Shown here one piece after another: positions 52,354 through 61,038 of a DNA stretch of 64,000 nucleotides. The notes beneath the pieces were generated by a model. The model saw only the letters and a list, made by a program, of their open reading frames with translations. It was not told the origin of the DNA and did not search any database. The stretch is from Acidobacteriaceae bacterium (lineage in GTDB: Bacteria > Acidobacteriota > Terriglobia > Terriglobales > Acidobacteriaceae). Location: the NCBI GenBank assembly GCA_049802575.1, contig JBARMS010000161.1, positions 794 to 64,793 of the forward strand, in the 5' to 3' direction. A program made the translations under genes and the position numbers. How positions within the stretch are numbered: position 1 is the first letter of the stretch; every line of letters begins with the position of its first letter.

Positions 52354-52746
52354 CTAAGCCACCGCGGCCCCGGCGAGCGCTCCAGCCACGGCGATGTTCT
52401 TCACCAGATCCTCCGGCACGCCGTGCCGCTGCGCGAGATACTCCGGGCTGTTCCACGAGAGCCACACTGCGCCCTGGGCGTCTTCCCACACCAGGATCTT
52501 CAGCGGCAAATCGATCGCGATGGACGGCGCCGCCAGCATCACCGGGGTGCCCGCCGCCGGATTGCCAAAGAGCAGCAGCTTCGTGTTGCGCATCGCCATG
52601 CCGGCCTTCGCCGCTTCGCCGCTGTGATCCACCAGCGCAAACAGCGTCACGTGTTTGGCGGCCAGCAGATTCTTCAGCCGCTCCACCGACTCATCCACGC
52701 TGTGCGCGCTGCGCACGCTCTCGATCCCGTTTCCAGCGCCGCTCAT
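52354..52746 (-). CDS. DUF302 domain protein
   Basis: 130 aa with a typical DUF302 pattern (LLLFGNPAAGTPVM..., DLPLKILVWED). GGAG SD precedes ATG 52746. Confidence 0.75.
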   Translation of the reverse strand: MSGAGNGIESVRSAHSVDESVERLKNLLAAKHVTLFALVDHSGEAAKAGMAMRNTKLLLFGNPAAGTPVMLAAPSIAIDLPLKILVWEDAQGAVWLSWNSPEYLAQRHGVPEDLVKNIAVAGALAGAAVA

Positions 52747-52793
52747 TTCTCATCTCCTCGTTTTTTTGCCCGCAACCGCTCTGGCCCTCCGGC

Positions 52794-53177
52794 CTAGTCT
52801 CCAGTGGACTGCGGCTTCTCTTCCATCAGCCCCAGGACATTCCCCGACGGATCCTTCAGGAACGCGAGCCACAGGTCATGGCTCTTCATCCGTGCCACCA
52901 GGTGTGGTTCCTGCGTGAACTCGACGCCCCGCGCTTTGAGCGACACGTGTGTCCCCTCCAGATCGGCAACCTTGAAATAGAGGATCGTCCCGCCGCCGGA
53001 ACTGGTCTCGCCGGTCCCCACGAGGAGCCGCACGCCGCCGCACTGGAAGAAAGCCATCGTTCCCGCGTCGAACAGAAACCGCATCCCCAGCACATCGCGA
53101 TAAAACGTCCGTGCCTCCTCGAGATTGCTCACCGTTACGGCGATCTGCGTGATCTCATCCAAATGCACCGTTGCCAT
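52794..53177 (-). CDS. VOC-family (glyoxalase/bleomycin-resistance/dioxygenase fold) protein
   Basis: ATG 53177 is preceded by AAGGAG (8-nt spacing). Motifs FYRDVLGM and FLKDPSGNVLGL. The ORF track TTG start at 53195 overlaps the murC stop. Confidence 0.8.
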   Translation of the reverse strand: MATVHLDEITQIAVTVSNLEEARTFYRDVLGMRFLFDAGTMAFFQCGGVRLLVGTGETSSGGGTILYFKVADLEGTHVSLKARGVEFTQEPHLVARMKSHDLWLAFLKDPSGNVLGLMEEKPQSTGD

Positions 53178-53191
53178 GAGGCGTTCTCCTT

Positions 53192-54667
53192 TCAACTCGC
53201 TGAGCCGATGATCCGCGCTCCCTGCCGGGAGCTGCCGATCAAGCTCTTGTTGTTCAGCCGCTCGACCACCAGCGGAGCTAAATGCGAGACGTTCCCCGCT
53301 CCCAGCGTCAGAATCACGTCGCCATCCTGGGCGTGCGCGATGGCCCGGGCAATCGCCTCATCGGACGACGCTGCGTATTCGATACCATCGGCAGCGCCGT
53401 GGCTCTGCCGGATGGCCTTGACGAGCGCCGGCGCTGTGATGCCCGGGATCGGTTCCTCGCTGGCCGCGTAGATGTCGAGCACCTCGACGGTCGCCGCATC
53501 GTCGAAGGCGTGCACGAACTCGTCCATCAGGTCGCGCGTTCGCGTGTAGCGATGCGGCTGAAAGATGACGTGGACCGCGCCATAGCCGCAGTCGCGCGCC
53601 GCCCGCAGCGTGGCTCGAATCTCGGTGGGATGATGCCCGTAGTCGTCCACCACCGTCACGCCGCCCACGGATCCCTTGATCTGAAATCGCCGGTCCACTC
53701 CGCGAAAACTGCTGATGCCTCCAGCGATCGCCTCAGGCGCGATCTCCAGTTGCGCCCCGATCGCCACCGCCGCCGTCGCATTCAGCACGTTGTGGAGGCC
53801 GGGCACATGCAGCTCCAGAGGGCCATAGACTTCGCTGCCCGCCGCGACCTCAAAGCGCGACTGGCACCGCCGCTGCCCCGCCGCATCCCCCGTGGGTAAG
53901 GCAGGCAGCATCCGCATCACAAAATCCGCTTTCGGCGACGCGCCATAGGTGAACACCCGCCGCCGCACGCGCGGCAGAATGGCCGCCAGCGGCGGGTCGT
54001 CTGCGCACGCCACGCACGCGCCGTAGAACGGCACCTTGTCCATGAACTCGATGAACGCATTCTCCACGTCGGCCATGTTGCGGTAGCAGTCCATGTGCTC
54101 GCGGTCGAGATTGGTGACCACGGCCAGGATCGGCGAGAGCCGCAAAAACGACCGGTCGCTCTCATCGGCCTCAGCCACCAGATACTGCGACTGCCCGAGA
54201 CGCGCGTTCGATCCCATCGTGTCCACGCGGCCGCCCACCACCACCGTCGGATCGAGGCCGCCGGCCGTCAGCACCGACGCGACCATCGAGGTGGTCGTCG
54301 TTTTGCCGTGCATCCCCGCGACGGCGATGCCGTACTTAAGGCGCATCAGTTCGGCCAGCATCTCGGCCCGCTGGATCACGGGGATCTTGCGCGCCCGCGC
54401 CTCCAGCACTTCCGGATTGCGCTCGTTCACCGCCGAGCTGACCACCACAACGCCCGCGCCAACGACATTCGCCGCAGCATGACCCTCGAAGAGGGTCGCG
54501 CCCAGCGTCGCCAGCCGATCGGTCACTGGCGAGCGCCGCAGGTCCGATCCGCTGACGGGATAATGCAGGTTGAGCAGGATCTCCGCGATCCCGCTCATGC
54601 CGATGCCGCCGATGCCGATGAAGTGGACGCGCTGCGCCTTCGCGAACATACCAATCGAAACTACCAC
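53192..54667 (-). CDS. murC: UDP-N-acetylmuramate--L-alanine ligase
   Basis: [18 protein letters not shown]-terminal motif, [12 protein letters not shown]-loop, and Mur ligase central and C-terminal domains. The start is either GTG 54667 or ATG 54649. Confidence 0.9.
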   Translation of the reverse strand: MVVSIGMFAKAQRVHFIGIGGIGMSGIAEILLNLHYPVSGSDLRRSPVTDRLATLGATLFEGHAAANVVGAGVVVVSSAVNERNPEVLEARARKIPVIQRAEMLAELMRLKYGIAVAGMHGKTTTTSMVASVLTAGGLDPTVVVGGRVDTMGSNARLGQSQYLVAEADESDRSFLRLSPILAVVTNLDREHMDCYRNMADVENAFIEFMDKVPFYGACVACADDPPLAAILPRVRRRVFTYGASPKADFVMRMLPALPTGDAAGQRRCQSRFEVAAGSEVYGPLELHVPGLHNVLNATAAVAIGAQLEIAPEAIAGGISSFRGVDRRFQIKGSVGGVTVVDDYGHHPTEIRATLRAARDCGYGAVHVIFQPHRYTRTRDLMDEFVHAFDDAATVEVLDIYAASEEPIPGITAPALVKAIRQSHGAADGIEYAASSDEAIARAIAHAQDGDVILTLGAGNVSHLAPLVVERLNNKSLIGSSRQGARIIGSAS

Positions 54668-54732
54668 GCCGCCAGGGTGGTGCAGCTGTCGGTTCTACTT
54701 GCAGCCGCCGGTGGGAAAGTGAAGAACAGACT

Positions 54733-55308
54733 TTACTGCACAGTGACCGACTGCACGCCGGTCGACGGCAGCACCAGGTCTTTCTGGTGCAGGAAGTTTA
54801 CGTAGACCTTGAAGTCCTTGCGCTGATCCCATTGCTGTGCGGTGATCGGGTAATGGAAGATCATCTGCCCGTCGACCTGCTGCCCGGGCGTGATGGTCGT
54901 GTCGCGCAGGACCGCGGTGGTTTGCTTCGGCGCCAGCACCGGATACGCGATAAAAACGTCGTGGTAATCTTTGGTGCTCGCGCCGGTGCTGTGCTCCACG
55001 GTGCCGTCGGCCAGCGTCACATCGGCCGACATGTCATGCAGGAACAGCGGCATCTCCGTCTGGCTCTTCATGCGCACGTTGACGATGACGATTTCTTCGT
55101 CGTAAACGTCCTTCTGCCCGGCCAGTCCGCCGATCCCGGAACCGGTCGACAGCTCGCGATGGATCGGATACGCGTCGATCGAAACCAACTGGCCGGTATG
55201 CACCGGCGGCTTGGTGTTGAACCACACATAGCCGCCAACCACGGCGACCACGAGAATCACCGCGATCAGTGCCGCGACCGCCGGATGGATGCCGCTTCTT
55301 TCGTTCAT
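54733..55308 (-). CDS. Single-pass membrane-anchored hypothetical protein (191 aa)
   Basis: ATG 55308 (MNERSGIHPAVAALIAVILVVAVVGGYVWF), followed by a beta-rich extracytoplasmic domain. The ORF track start at 55422 would overlap polX. Confidence 0.6.
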   Translation of the reverse strand: MNERSGIHPAVAALIAVILVVAVVGGYVWFNTKPPVHTGQLVSIDAYPIHRELSTGSGIGGLAGQKDVYDEEIVIVNVRMKSQTEMPLFLHDMSADVTLADGTVEHSTGASTKDYHDVFIAYPVLAPKQTTAVLRDTTITPGQQVDGQMIFHYPITAQQWDQRKDFKVYVNFLHQKDLVLPSTGVQSVTVQ

Positions 55309-55360
55309 TCTGCTGGCTCTCGCCTTCTCCTGAATTTGGCTTGGATGCAGATTCGCGCGC

Positions 55361-57106
55361 TCATGCCGGACGGGGACGGAGGGCGGCCAGGAATTCGCGC
55401 GCGTCGAGTGTATTGAGAACATCCTGCCTGGTCAGCCATGCCCGCCGCAGCTGGCGGACGCCGTAGCGCATTTTCGTCAGATGGCTGGTATGGTGCGAGT
55501 CGGTATTGATGGTGATGCGGCAGCCCAGTTCTTTCGCCAGCCGCAGGTCGCGATCGCACAGGTCGAGCCGGTCGGGATACGCATTGTGCTCGACAGCCAC
55601 GCCGAGTTCCGCCGCGCGTTTCAGGATGCGGGTCAGGTCCATCTGGTACGGCTCGCGCCGCAACAGCAGCCGTCCCGTCGGATGCCCCAGGATGCGCACG
55701 TACGGGTTCTCGATCGCCCGCAGCACCCGCTCCGTCATCTGCTGCTCGGGCTGGTTAAACAGCGAATGCACGCTGGCGATCACCACGTCCATCTGCGCCA
55801 GCACGTCGTCGGATAAATCGAGCGCACCGTCGCCCAGAATGTCGACCTCAATCCCAGGAAAGACCCGAATCCTGCCTTCCATCTGCGCGTCGACCTCGCG
55901 AATTCTCCTGACGTGATCGAGCGCCCGCTGATCGTCAAGCCCATTGGTCATGGCCAGGTTCTTCGAGTGATCCGTGATGGCGATGTAGGCATAACCGCGC
56001 GCCAGGCCCGCTTCTGCCATCTCGCGGATCGAGTTCTTCCCGTCGGTCGCGTGCGTGTGCATGTGCACGTCGCCGCGAATGTCCTGCTCTTCGATCAGCA
56101 CCGGCAGCCGATGCTGCTCCGCCGCCTCGATTTCGCCGTTGTTCTCGCGCAGCTCCGGCGGAATCCAGTCCAGCCCCAGCGCGCCGTAAATCTCTTCCTC
56201 CGTGGCGCCGGCCACAAACGATCCGTCTTCCACCCGCGCCAGCGCATATTCGCTGAGCGTGTAACCGCGCTTGAGCGAGCGCTGGCGAATCGACACGTTG
56301 TGCATCTTGGAGCCGGTGAAGTATTGCAGTGCCGCCCCGTAGGAGCCCTCCGGCAGCAGCCGCACATCCACCTGCAACCCGCTGCGCAACCGGAAGCTCA
56401 CTTTGTTCTGACCCTTGGCCAGCATCGTCGCGGCTGGAGGATAATTCGCGGCGTATTCCACGGCCGCGCTCACTTTGTCTTCCGCGCAGCAGGGACCCGT
56501 CGCCAAAATATCGAGGTCGCCTACGGTATCGCGGCCGCGCCGCAGCGAGCCCGCCGGCAGGATGGTCGTGAACCCAGGAAATTCGCGCAGATAGGCGATC
56601 AGCTTCTCCGCGGCGATCTCGGCCTCGTCGATCAGGAAGCGCCCGCTGTTCTGCTTGTAGTCCTCGATGCCCTTGCGCAGCTTCTCGATCAGCTTGTCGC
56701 CGATGCGCGGCAGGCCCGCCAGGCGCCCCTCCGTAATCGCCGCTTCCAGTTCCGCCACCGATCCCACCTGGAGCGCGTCCCACAGCAGCGAGACCGTCTT
56801 CGGCCCCATGCCCGGAAGGCGCAGCAGCTCCAGCATCCCCGGCTTGTATTTCAGCAGCAATTCTTCGCGCAGGGGCAGGGTTCCCGCGCGCTCCAGTTCC
56901 TGGATATTGGCGGCCATCCCCTTGCCGATGCCGGGGATCTCCTGCAATTTTTTTGGATCGTCAGCGATCGTGCTCAGCTGGATCGTCGTCGACTCCACCG
57001 CTTCGGCGGCGCGCCGGTACGAGCGGATGCGAAAGGGATCGCCCGCTCCGATCTCCAGCAGATCGGCCGTCTCCGCCAGCAACTGCGCCATGGAACGGTT
57101 GTCCAT
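55361..57106 (-). CDS. polX: DNA polymerase X family protein with C-terminal PHP (3'-5' exonuclease/phosphoesterase) domain
   Basis: HhH motifs (IPGIGKGMA, LPGMGPKT), the nucleotidyltransferase motif GSLRRGRDTVGDLDIL, and PHP His/Asp blocks (GDVHMHTHATDG, IAITDHS). Confidence 0.9.
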   Translation of the reverse strand: MDNRSMAQLLAETADLLEIGAGDPFRIRSYRRAAEAVESTTIQLSTIADDPKKLQEIPGIGKGMAANIQELERAGTLPLREELLLKYKPGMLELLRLPGMGPKTVSLLWDALQVGSVAELEAAITEGRLAGLPRIGDKLIEKLRKGIEDYKQNSGRFLIDEAEIAAEKLIAYLREFPGFTTILPAGSLRRGRDTVGDLDILATGPCCAEDKVSAAVEYAANYPPAATMLAKGQNKVSFRLRSGLQVDVRLLPEGSYGAALQYFTGSKMHNVSIRQRSLKRGYTLSEYALARVEDGSFVAGATEEEIYGALGLDWIPPELRENNGEIEAAEQHRLPVLIEEQDIRGDVHMHTHATDGKNSIREMAEAGLARGYAYIAITDHSKNLAMTNGLDDQRALDHVRRIREVDAQMEGRIRVFPGIEVDILGDGALDLSDDVLAQMDVVIASVHSLFNQPEQQMTERVLRAIENPYVRILGHPTGRLLLRREPYQMDLTRILKRAAELGVAVEHNAYPDRLDLCDRDLRLAKELGCRITINTDSHHTSHLTKMRYGVRQLRRAWLTRQDVLNTLDAREFLAALRPRPA

Positions 57107-57192
57107 CGCCCATGATTAGACCATGGGCGCCGAGCCGAAGCCAGGCCAGGCGGGCTGCAGGACCACGGGAAGGCCACGATTCGAAACGGGTT

Positions 57193-57216
57193 GCTTTCCC
57201 GCTGGCGCGGGAAAGC
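57193..57216. other. Perfect 10-bp hairpin about 140 nt downstream of csp (possible terminator or polX-upstream element)
   Basis: GCTTTCCCGC, loop TGGC, GCGGGAAAGC. There is no clear U-tract on either strand. Confidence 0.3.
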
Positions 57217-57351
57217 GAATCGCGGAGAATCGATGGGAAAAAGTGCGATGGGCCCAGGGACCTGACTGCGGATTTGTCCGGAGGGAACGAATCACCCGTT
57301 TTCTGGCTATGCCAAATTTGTTAATGCTGAGTAGGTTATCGGCAGAGCCAG

Positions 57352-57570
57352 TTAGGCAACCTCGCGGGCGCGCACAACCTGATCCGCCTGGGGACCTTTC
57401 TGACCCTGGATGATATCGAACTCGACGTCGTCGCCTTCCTTCAGGCTCTTGTACCCATCAACCTGGATGGCGCTGTAGTGGACAAACACATCGGGTCCGT
57501 CGTCGCGTCCGATAAACCCGTACCCTTTCGCGTTGTTAAACCACTTCACTTTGCCTTTGTACTGAGCCAC
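57352..57570 (-). CDS. csp: Cold-shock protein (CspA family)
   Basis: [16 protein letters not shown] (RNP1) and VFVHYSAI (RNP2). GTG 57570 has GAGGAAGG 9 nt upstream. The ORF track start at 57615 adds 15 unlikely residues. Confidence 0.85.
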   Translation of the reverse strand: MAQYKGKVKWFNNAKGYGFIGRDDGPDVFVHYSAIQVDGYKSLKEGDDVEFDIIQGQKGPQADQVVRAREVA

Positions 57571-57683
57571 AAACACGAACCTTCCTCTCAGGCAGACTGT
57601 GGTTGGGGATTCCAACCTGCTAGACCATAAAGACGCGAGCCTGAAAGGTTTGGTTTTCCGTGAGGAAAAAGTAACGGGGCGTG

Positions 57684-58322
57684 TTATGGCCTGCCAGGAC
57701 GGGTCATACGCGCATAGAACAGGATGGATATCAGGGTTTTCCCGTCGCGTATCTTGCCGGCATCGATCAGCCGGAGCAGCTCAGACAACCTTACGAACTG
57801 CAGTTCGAAGGCTTCATCCTCTTCGGGCTGCGCCTTGCCGGGCTTGAGATCTTCGGCAAGGAAAACCTGCATCCACTCGCCGAGGAAGCCTGGACTGGCG
57901 AAATACTTCACCAGCTTCGTCCACTTCTTCGCCTGATAGCCGGTTTCTTCCAGCAGCTCGCGCTTCGCCGCTTCCAGATGGTCCTCATCGCTTTCCATCT
58001 TGCCGGCCGGCACCTCATAAAGAAACTGCTGCGCGGCGTGCCGGTATTGCCGCTCGATCAGCACCAGCGGATCCTTTTTGCTTTTCGATTTGTCGAGCGC
58101 CAGGATCACCACCGATCCGTTGTGCCGGATGATGTCGCGGTTCACATGCTTGCCATTGGGCTCGCGGATCTCTTCGCTCAGCACGCGAAACAGAGGCCCG
58201 CTGTAGGACACCCTGGATGAGACGACCTCTGCCGGTTTGCCGGGATCGATCTTCAGCTTCTTCACTACGGCGATGGCGTTCGGATCTTTCTTTGCCCGGT
58301 TTTTTTTCTTCTTCTTTGCCAT
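57684..58322 (-). CDS. NUDIX hydrolase (ADP-ribose pyrophosphatase-like) with Lys-rich N-terminal tail
   Basis: Nudix box [24 protein letters not shown]-terminus [13 protein letters not shown]. Confidence 0.85.
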   Translation of the reverse strand: MAKKKKKNRAKKDPNAIAVVKKLKIDPGKPAEVVSSRVSYSGPLFRVLSEEIREPNGKHVNRDIIRHNGSVVILALDKSKSKKDPLVLIERQYRHAAQQFLYEVPAGKMESDEDHLEAAKRELLEETGYQAKKWTKLVKYFASPGFLGEWMQVFLAEDLKPGKAQPEEDEAFELQFVRLSELLRLIDAGKIRDGKTLISILFYARMTRPGRP

Positions 58323-58502
58323 TCCTGAGTCGCTCCATCCCTACGGTACCATCCACCTCAATCGCGCCGGACCGCGCCGCAGCGCCACAATCTGCATCTT
58401 CTCCCTGGCGCGCAGCATCCGATTCCCGCAGAGTTCCTCCCCTTCCGCCCCCCGCATGCGTGCCCGCCGCGCATGAGAAACTGAAGTGCAGGCTGCTGAG
58501 CT

Positions 58503-60104
58503 GTGACCGTCGACTGTTATCCCATCTCGGTGCTGCCCCGGCTCAGCCGGATCTTTCTCGACTACGCGTCGAGCCATGAGCCCCTGGCTCCATTCTTCGT
58601 TTCCACGCCATGGTCCACATCGTGGAAGGATGCGATCCCCGCGCAGGATCCTGCCTTGCCAACCGCCGTCGCCGACCAGCTGCGGGAGCAGAACCAAAGC
58701 TGGGGCGGTGGGGAAAAAACGCTGGCCAACATCGAACGGCTGCGGAATGGCGCCGGAGCCATTCTCACCGGCCAGCAGGTCTCGCTGTTCGGCGGACCGC
58801 TCTTCACCCTCTTCAAAGCGGCGACCGTCATTCAGCGCGCCCAGGCATCGGGTGCGGTGCCCATCTTCTGGCTCGCCACTGAAGACCACGATTTGGCAGA
58901 GGCTGATCACGTCACGCTGCCCTCCCGCCACGCTCTGCACACGCTTCGCCTGCACCCCGAACAGGAGCACACCGGCCAGCCAGTCGGGTCCATCCCTCTC
59001 GGCGGGAACATCGTTCCGCTTCTCGATCGCGCCGCCGAGCTGATTGGCGGTACGCCGGAATTCGACCGGCTGACCAGCAGCTACAAGGCCGATGCGACCT
59101 TCGCCTCCGCCTTTGCGCGGCTGCTTACGGGGATATTCACGGACTACGGCCTCATCGTCATCGATGCCTCGAGCCGTGCCTTCCACGCGCTCGGCGCGCC
59201 GGTGCTGCGACCTGCGATCGAGCATGCCGAAGAGCTGGAAACCACCCTCCATGAGCGCGATCGGCTGCTCACCGAACGCGGCTACCACTCCCAGGTCCTC
59301 GTAGCGCCGGGCAGCAGCCTGCTCTTCCTTCTCGATGAAGAAACCGGGGCGCGCCAGCCGCTCCGCCGCAAGAACGGCCAATGGATGGCGAGCGGTGCAA
59401 CGGGCAAAGCCAGCTACTCCACGGAGGACCTGCTCTCGATTCTCGATACCGCGCCCGAGCGCCTCAGCCCCAACGCGCTGCTGCGCCCCGTCTTCCAGGA
59501 TTTCCTGCTGCCGACCCAGGCCTACATCGGAGGGCCCGCGGAGATCGCGTATTTCGCGCAAACCCAGGTTCTCTACCAGGCGATCCTCGGCCGCACCACG
59601 CCCGTCTTTCCGCGCCTCAGCGCCACGCTCATCGAGCCGGCCATCGCCGCGGTCCTCGCCCAGCACGAGCTCACGCTCAAAGACCTCTTCGAATCGCATC
59701 CCGATGAGCTGGCTCATCGCCTCGGAGCGCGCGCCATCCCCATCGATGGCAAGCGCAGGCTCGCCGCCACCGGCAACGCCCTCGACGAGGAACTGGCAGC
59801 GCTGCTCGCGTGGACGCAATCGGTCGATGCCGGCCTCGCGCGCGCCGCCGGCGTCGCGGCGTCGAAGATGCGCTACCAGATGAACCGCCTGCGCCGCCTC
59901 GCCGCAAATTATCAGCTGCAGCGGGAAGCCAGCCTGCGCCGCCATGTCGACACGCTCAGCTTCAATCTCTTCCCCGACCGCCATCCGCAGGAGCGCACGT
60001 TTGGCGGCATCGCCTACCTCGCGCGCTACGGCTCGGACCTGCTGGCAACCCTCATCGAGCAATCCAGCCAGGACTGCCCGGGCCACAAAGCGATCTATCT
60101 ATAG
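58503..60104 (+). CDS. bshC: Bacillithiol biosynthesis cysteine-adding enzyme BshC
   Basis: BshC hallmarks: TGQQVSLFGGPLFTLFKAAT, IFWLATEDHDLAE, and a C-terminal coiled-coil region. GTG start at 58503. 533 aa. Confidence 0.85.
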   Translation: MTVDCYPISVLPRLSRIFLDYASSHEPLAPFFVSTPWSTSWKDAIPAQDPALPTAVADQLREQNQSWGGGEKTLANIERLRNGAGAILTGQQVSLFGGPLFTLFKAATVIQRAQASGAVPIFWLATEDHDLAEADHVTLPSRHALHTLRLHPEQEHTGQPVGSIPLGGNIVPLLDRAAELIGGTPEFDRLTSSYKADATFASAFARLLTGIFTDYGLIVIDASSRAFHALGAPVLRPAIEHAEELETTLHERDRLLTERGYHSQVLVAPGSSLLFLLDEETGARQPLRRKNGQWMASGATGKASYSTEDLLSILDTAPERLSPNALLRPVFQDFLLPTQAYIGGPAEIAYFAQTQVLYQAILGRTTPVFPRLSATLIEPAIAAVLAQHELTLKDLFESHPDELAHRLGARAIPIDGKRRLAATGNALDEELAALLAWTQSVDAGLARAAGVAASKMRYQMNRLRRLAANYQLQREASLRRHVDTLSFNLFPDRHPQERTFGGIAYLARYGSDLLATLIEQSSQDCPGHKAIYL

Positions 60105-60114
60105 CCGGTTGGTG

Positions 60115-60139
60115 GCGAAGCGGCCATGGCCAGCTTCGC
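60115..60139 (+). terminator. Hairpin after bshC (terminator candidate)
   Basis: GCGAAGC (60115-60121) pairs with GCTTCGC (60133-60139), with an inner GGCCATGGCC palindrome. A T-rich stretch appears only about 20 nt later. Confidence 0.4.
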
Positions 60140-60226
60140 GGCTCGATTGGCTGTGCCTTTTGCTTCGTCTCCGGCGCGGCGTTACACTGAGCGGGTTGAA
60201 CGGCAGTTTCTGCACAGGATCACGGT

Positions 60227-60538
60227 ATGGCTGGCAAATCTCACCCGATCATCGAAATCGCCTGCCCCGATTGCGGGGCCATGCTGAAGATCGATGTCGC
60301 CTCGCGCGCCGTGATCGCCCATACCCCCGCGCCGCGCAAGCGCACCTTTGAGGATTTCGACGCCGCAACCAAAGCCATGCGCGAGGCCGACGAGCGCAAA
60401 GAGAGCCTCTTCCGCCAGGCCGTGGACGCGGAAAAGAACAAGGAAGACGTCTTCAACAAGCGCTTTGCAGAGGCCCTGAAGAAAGCGCAGGAAACGCCCG
60501 ACACGGGAAAACCGCTGCGCGAGTTCGACCTCGATTAG
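60227..60538 (+). CDS. Small hypothetical protein with a single CPDC knuckle and a charged helical tail
   Basis: 103 aa: IACPDCGAMLKIDV followed by a Lys/Glu-rich helix. Third codon positions look G/C-rich by eye. Confidence 0.6.
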   Translation: MAGKSHPIIEIACPDCGAMLKIDVASRAVIAHTPAPRKRTFEDFDAATKAMREADERKESLFRQAVDAEKNKEDVFNKRFAEALKKAQETPDTGKPLREFDLD

Positions 60539-60552
60539 GCGCGCGCATCCAA

Positions 60553-60885
60553 ATGTTTATGATGGACGAGAACACGGTCATGAAAATCCCTCGGCAAATC
60601 GAATCGACCATGAGCGAAATTCCGTGGACCCGCACCGTAGCCGCCGGCTCGCTCGTGGTGAGTGCCGTGCTTCTTCTCACCGGGCGCCGCCGCTCCGGCG
60701 TTGCCGTCGCCGCCGCAGGCGCGGCCGTCGCCCTGATGGAGAACCCGCAGGCGGTTCGCGACGCCTGGAATTCGCTCCCGCGCATCGTGCGTTCCGGCCA
60801 GGATTTCATGGTGCGCCTGGAAGACTTCGTCGATGAGCTGAACAAGCAGGGCGTTCGCCTGCGCAAGGTGCTGGTCGGCGACTGA
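60553..60885 (+). CDS. Small hypothetical membrane protein
   Basis: 110 aa with two hydrophobic segments (AAGSLVVSAVLLLTG, GVAVAAAGAAVAL). The start is ambiguous: ATG at 60553, 60580 or 60610. Confidence 0.5.
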   Translation: MFMMDENTVMKIPRQIESTMSEIPWTRTVAAGSLVVSAVLLLTGRRRSGVAVAAAGAAVALMENPQAVRDAWNSLPRIVRSGQDFMVRLEDFVDELNKQGVRLRKVLVGD

Positions 60886-61038
60886 CGCGCCTCTCCTCCG
60901 TCAGGCTTCGATCGCCAGTCTCCCGCGCTCTCCAGCTGCGATGCGTTGGCTGTTCTTCGCTCGCCGCGCACTCTCTGAGGAAAAGCAGACCCGCGCGCAC
61001 AAGGATCGCGCTCTTTCAGCCGGTAGACTGAAATCAGC

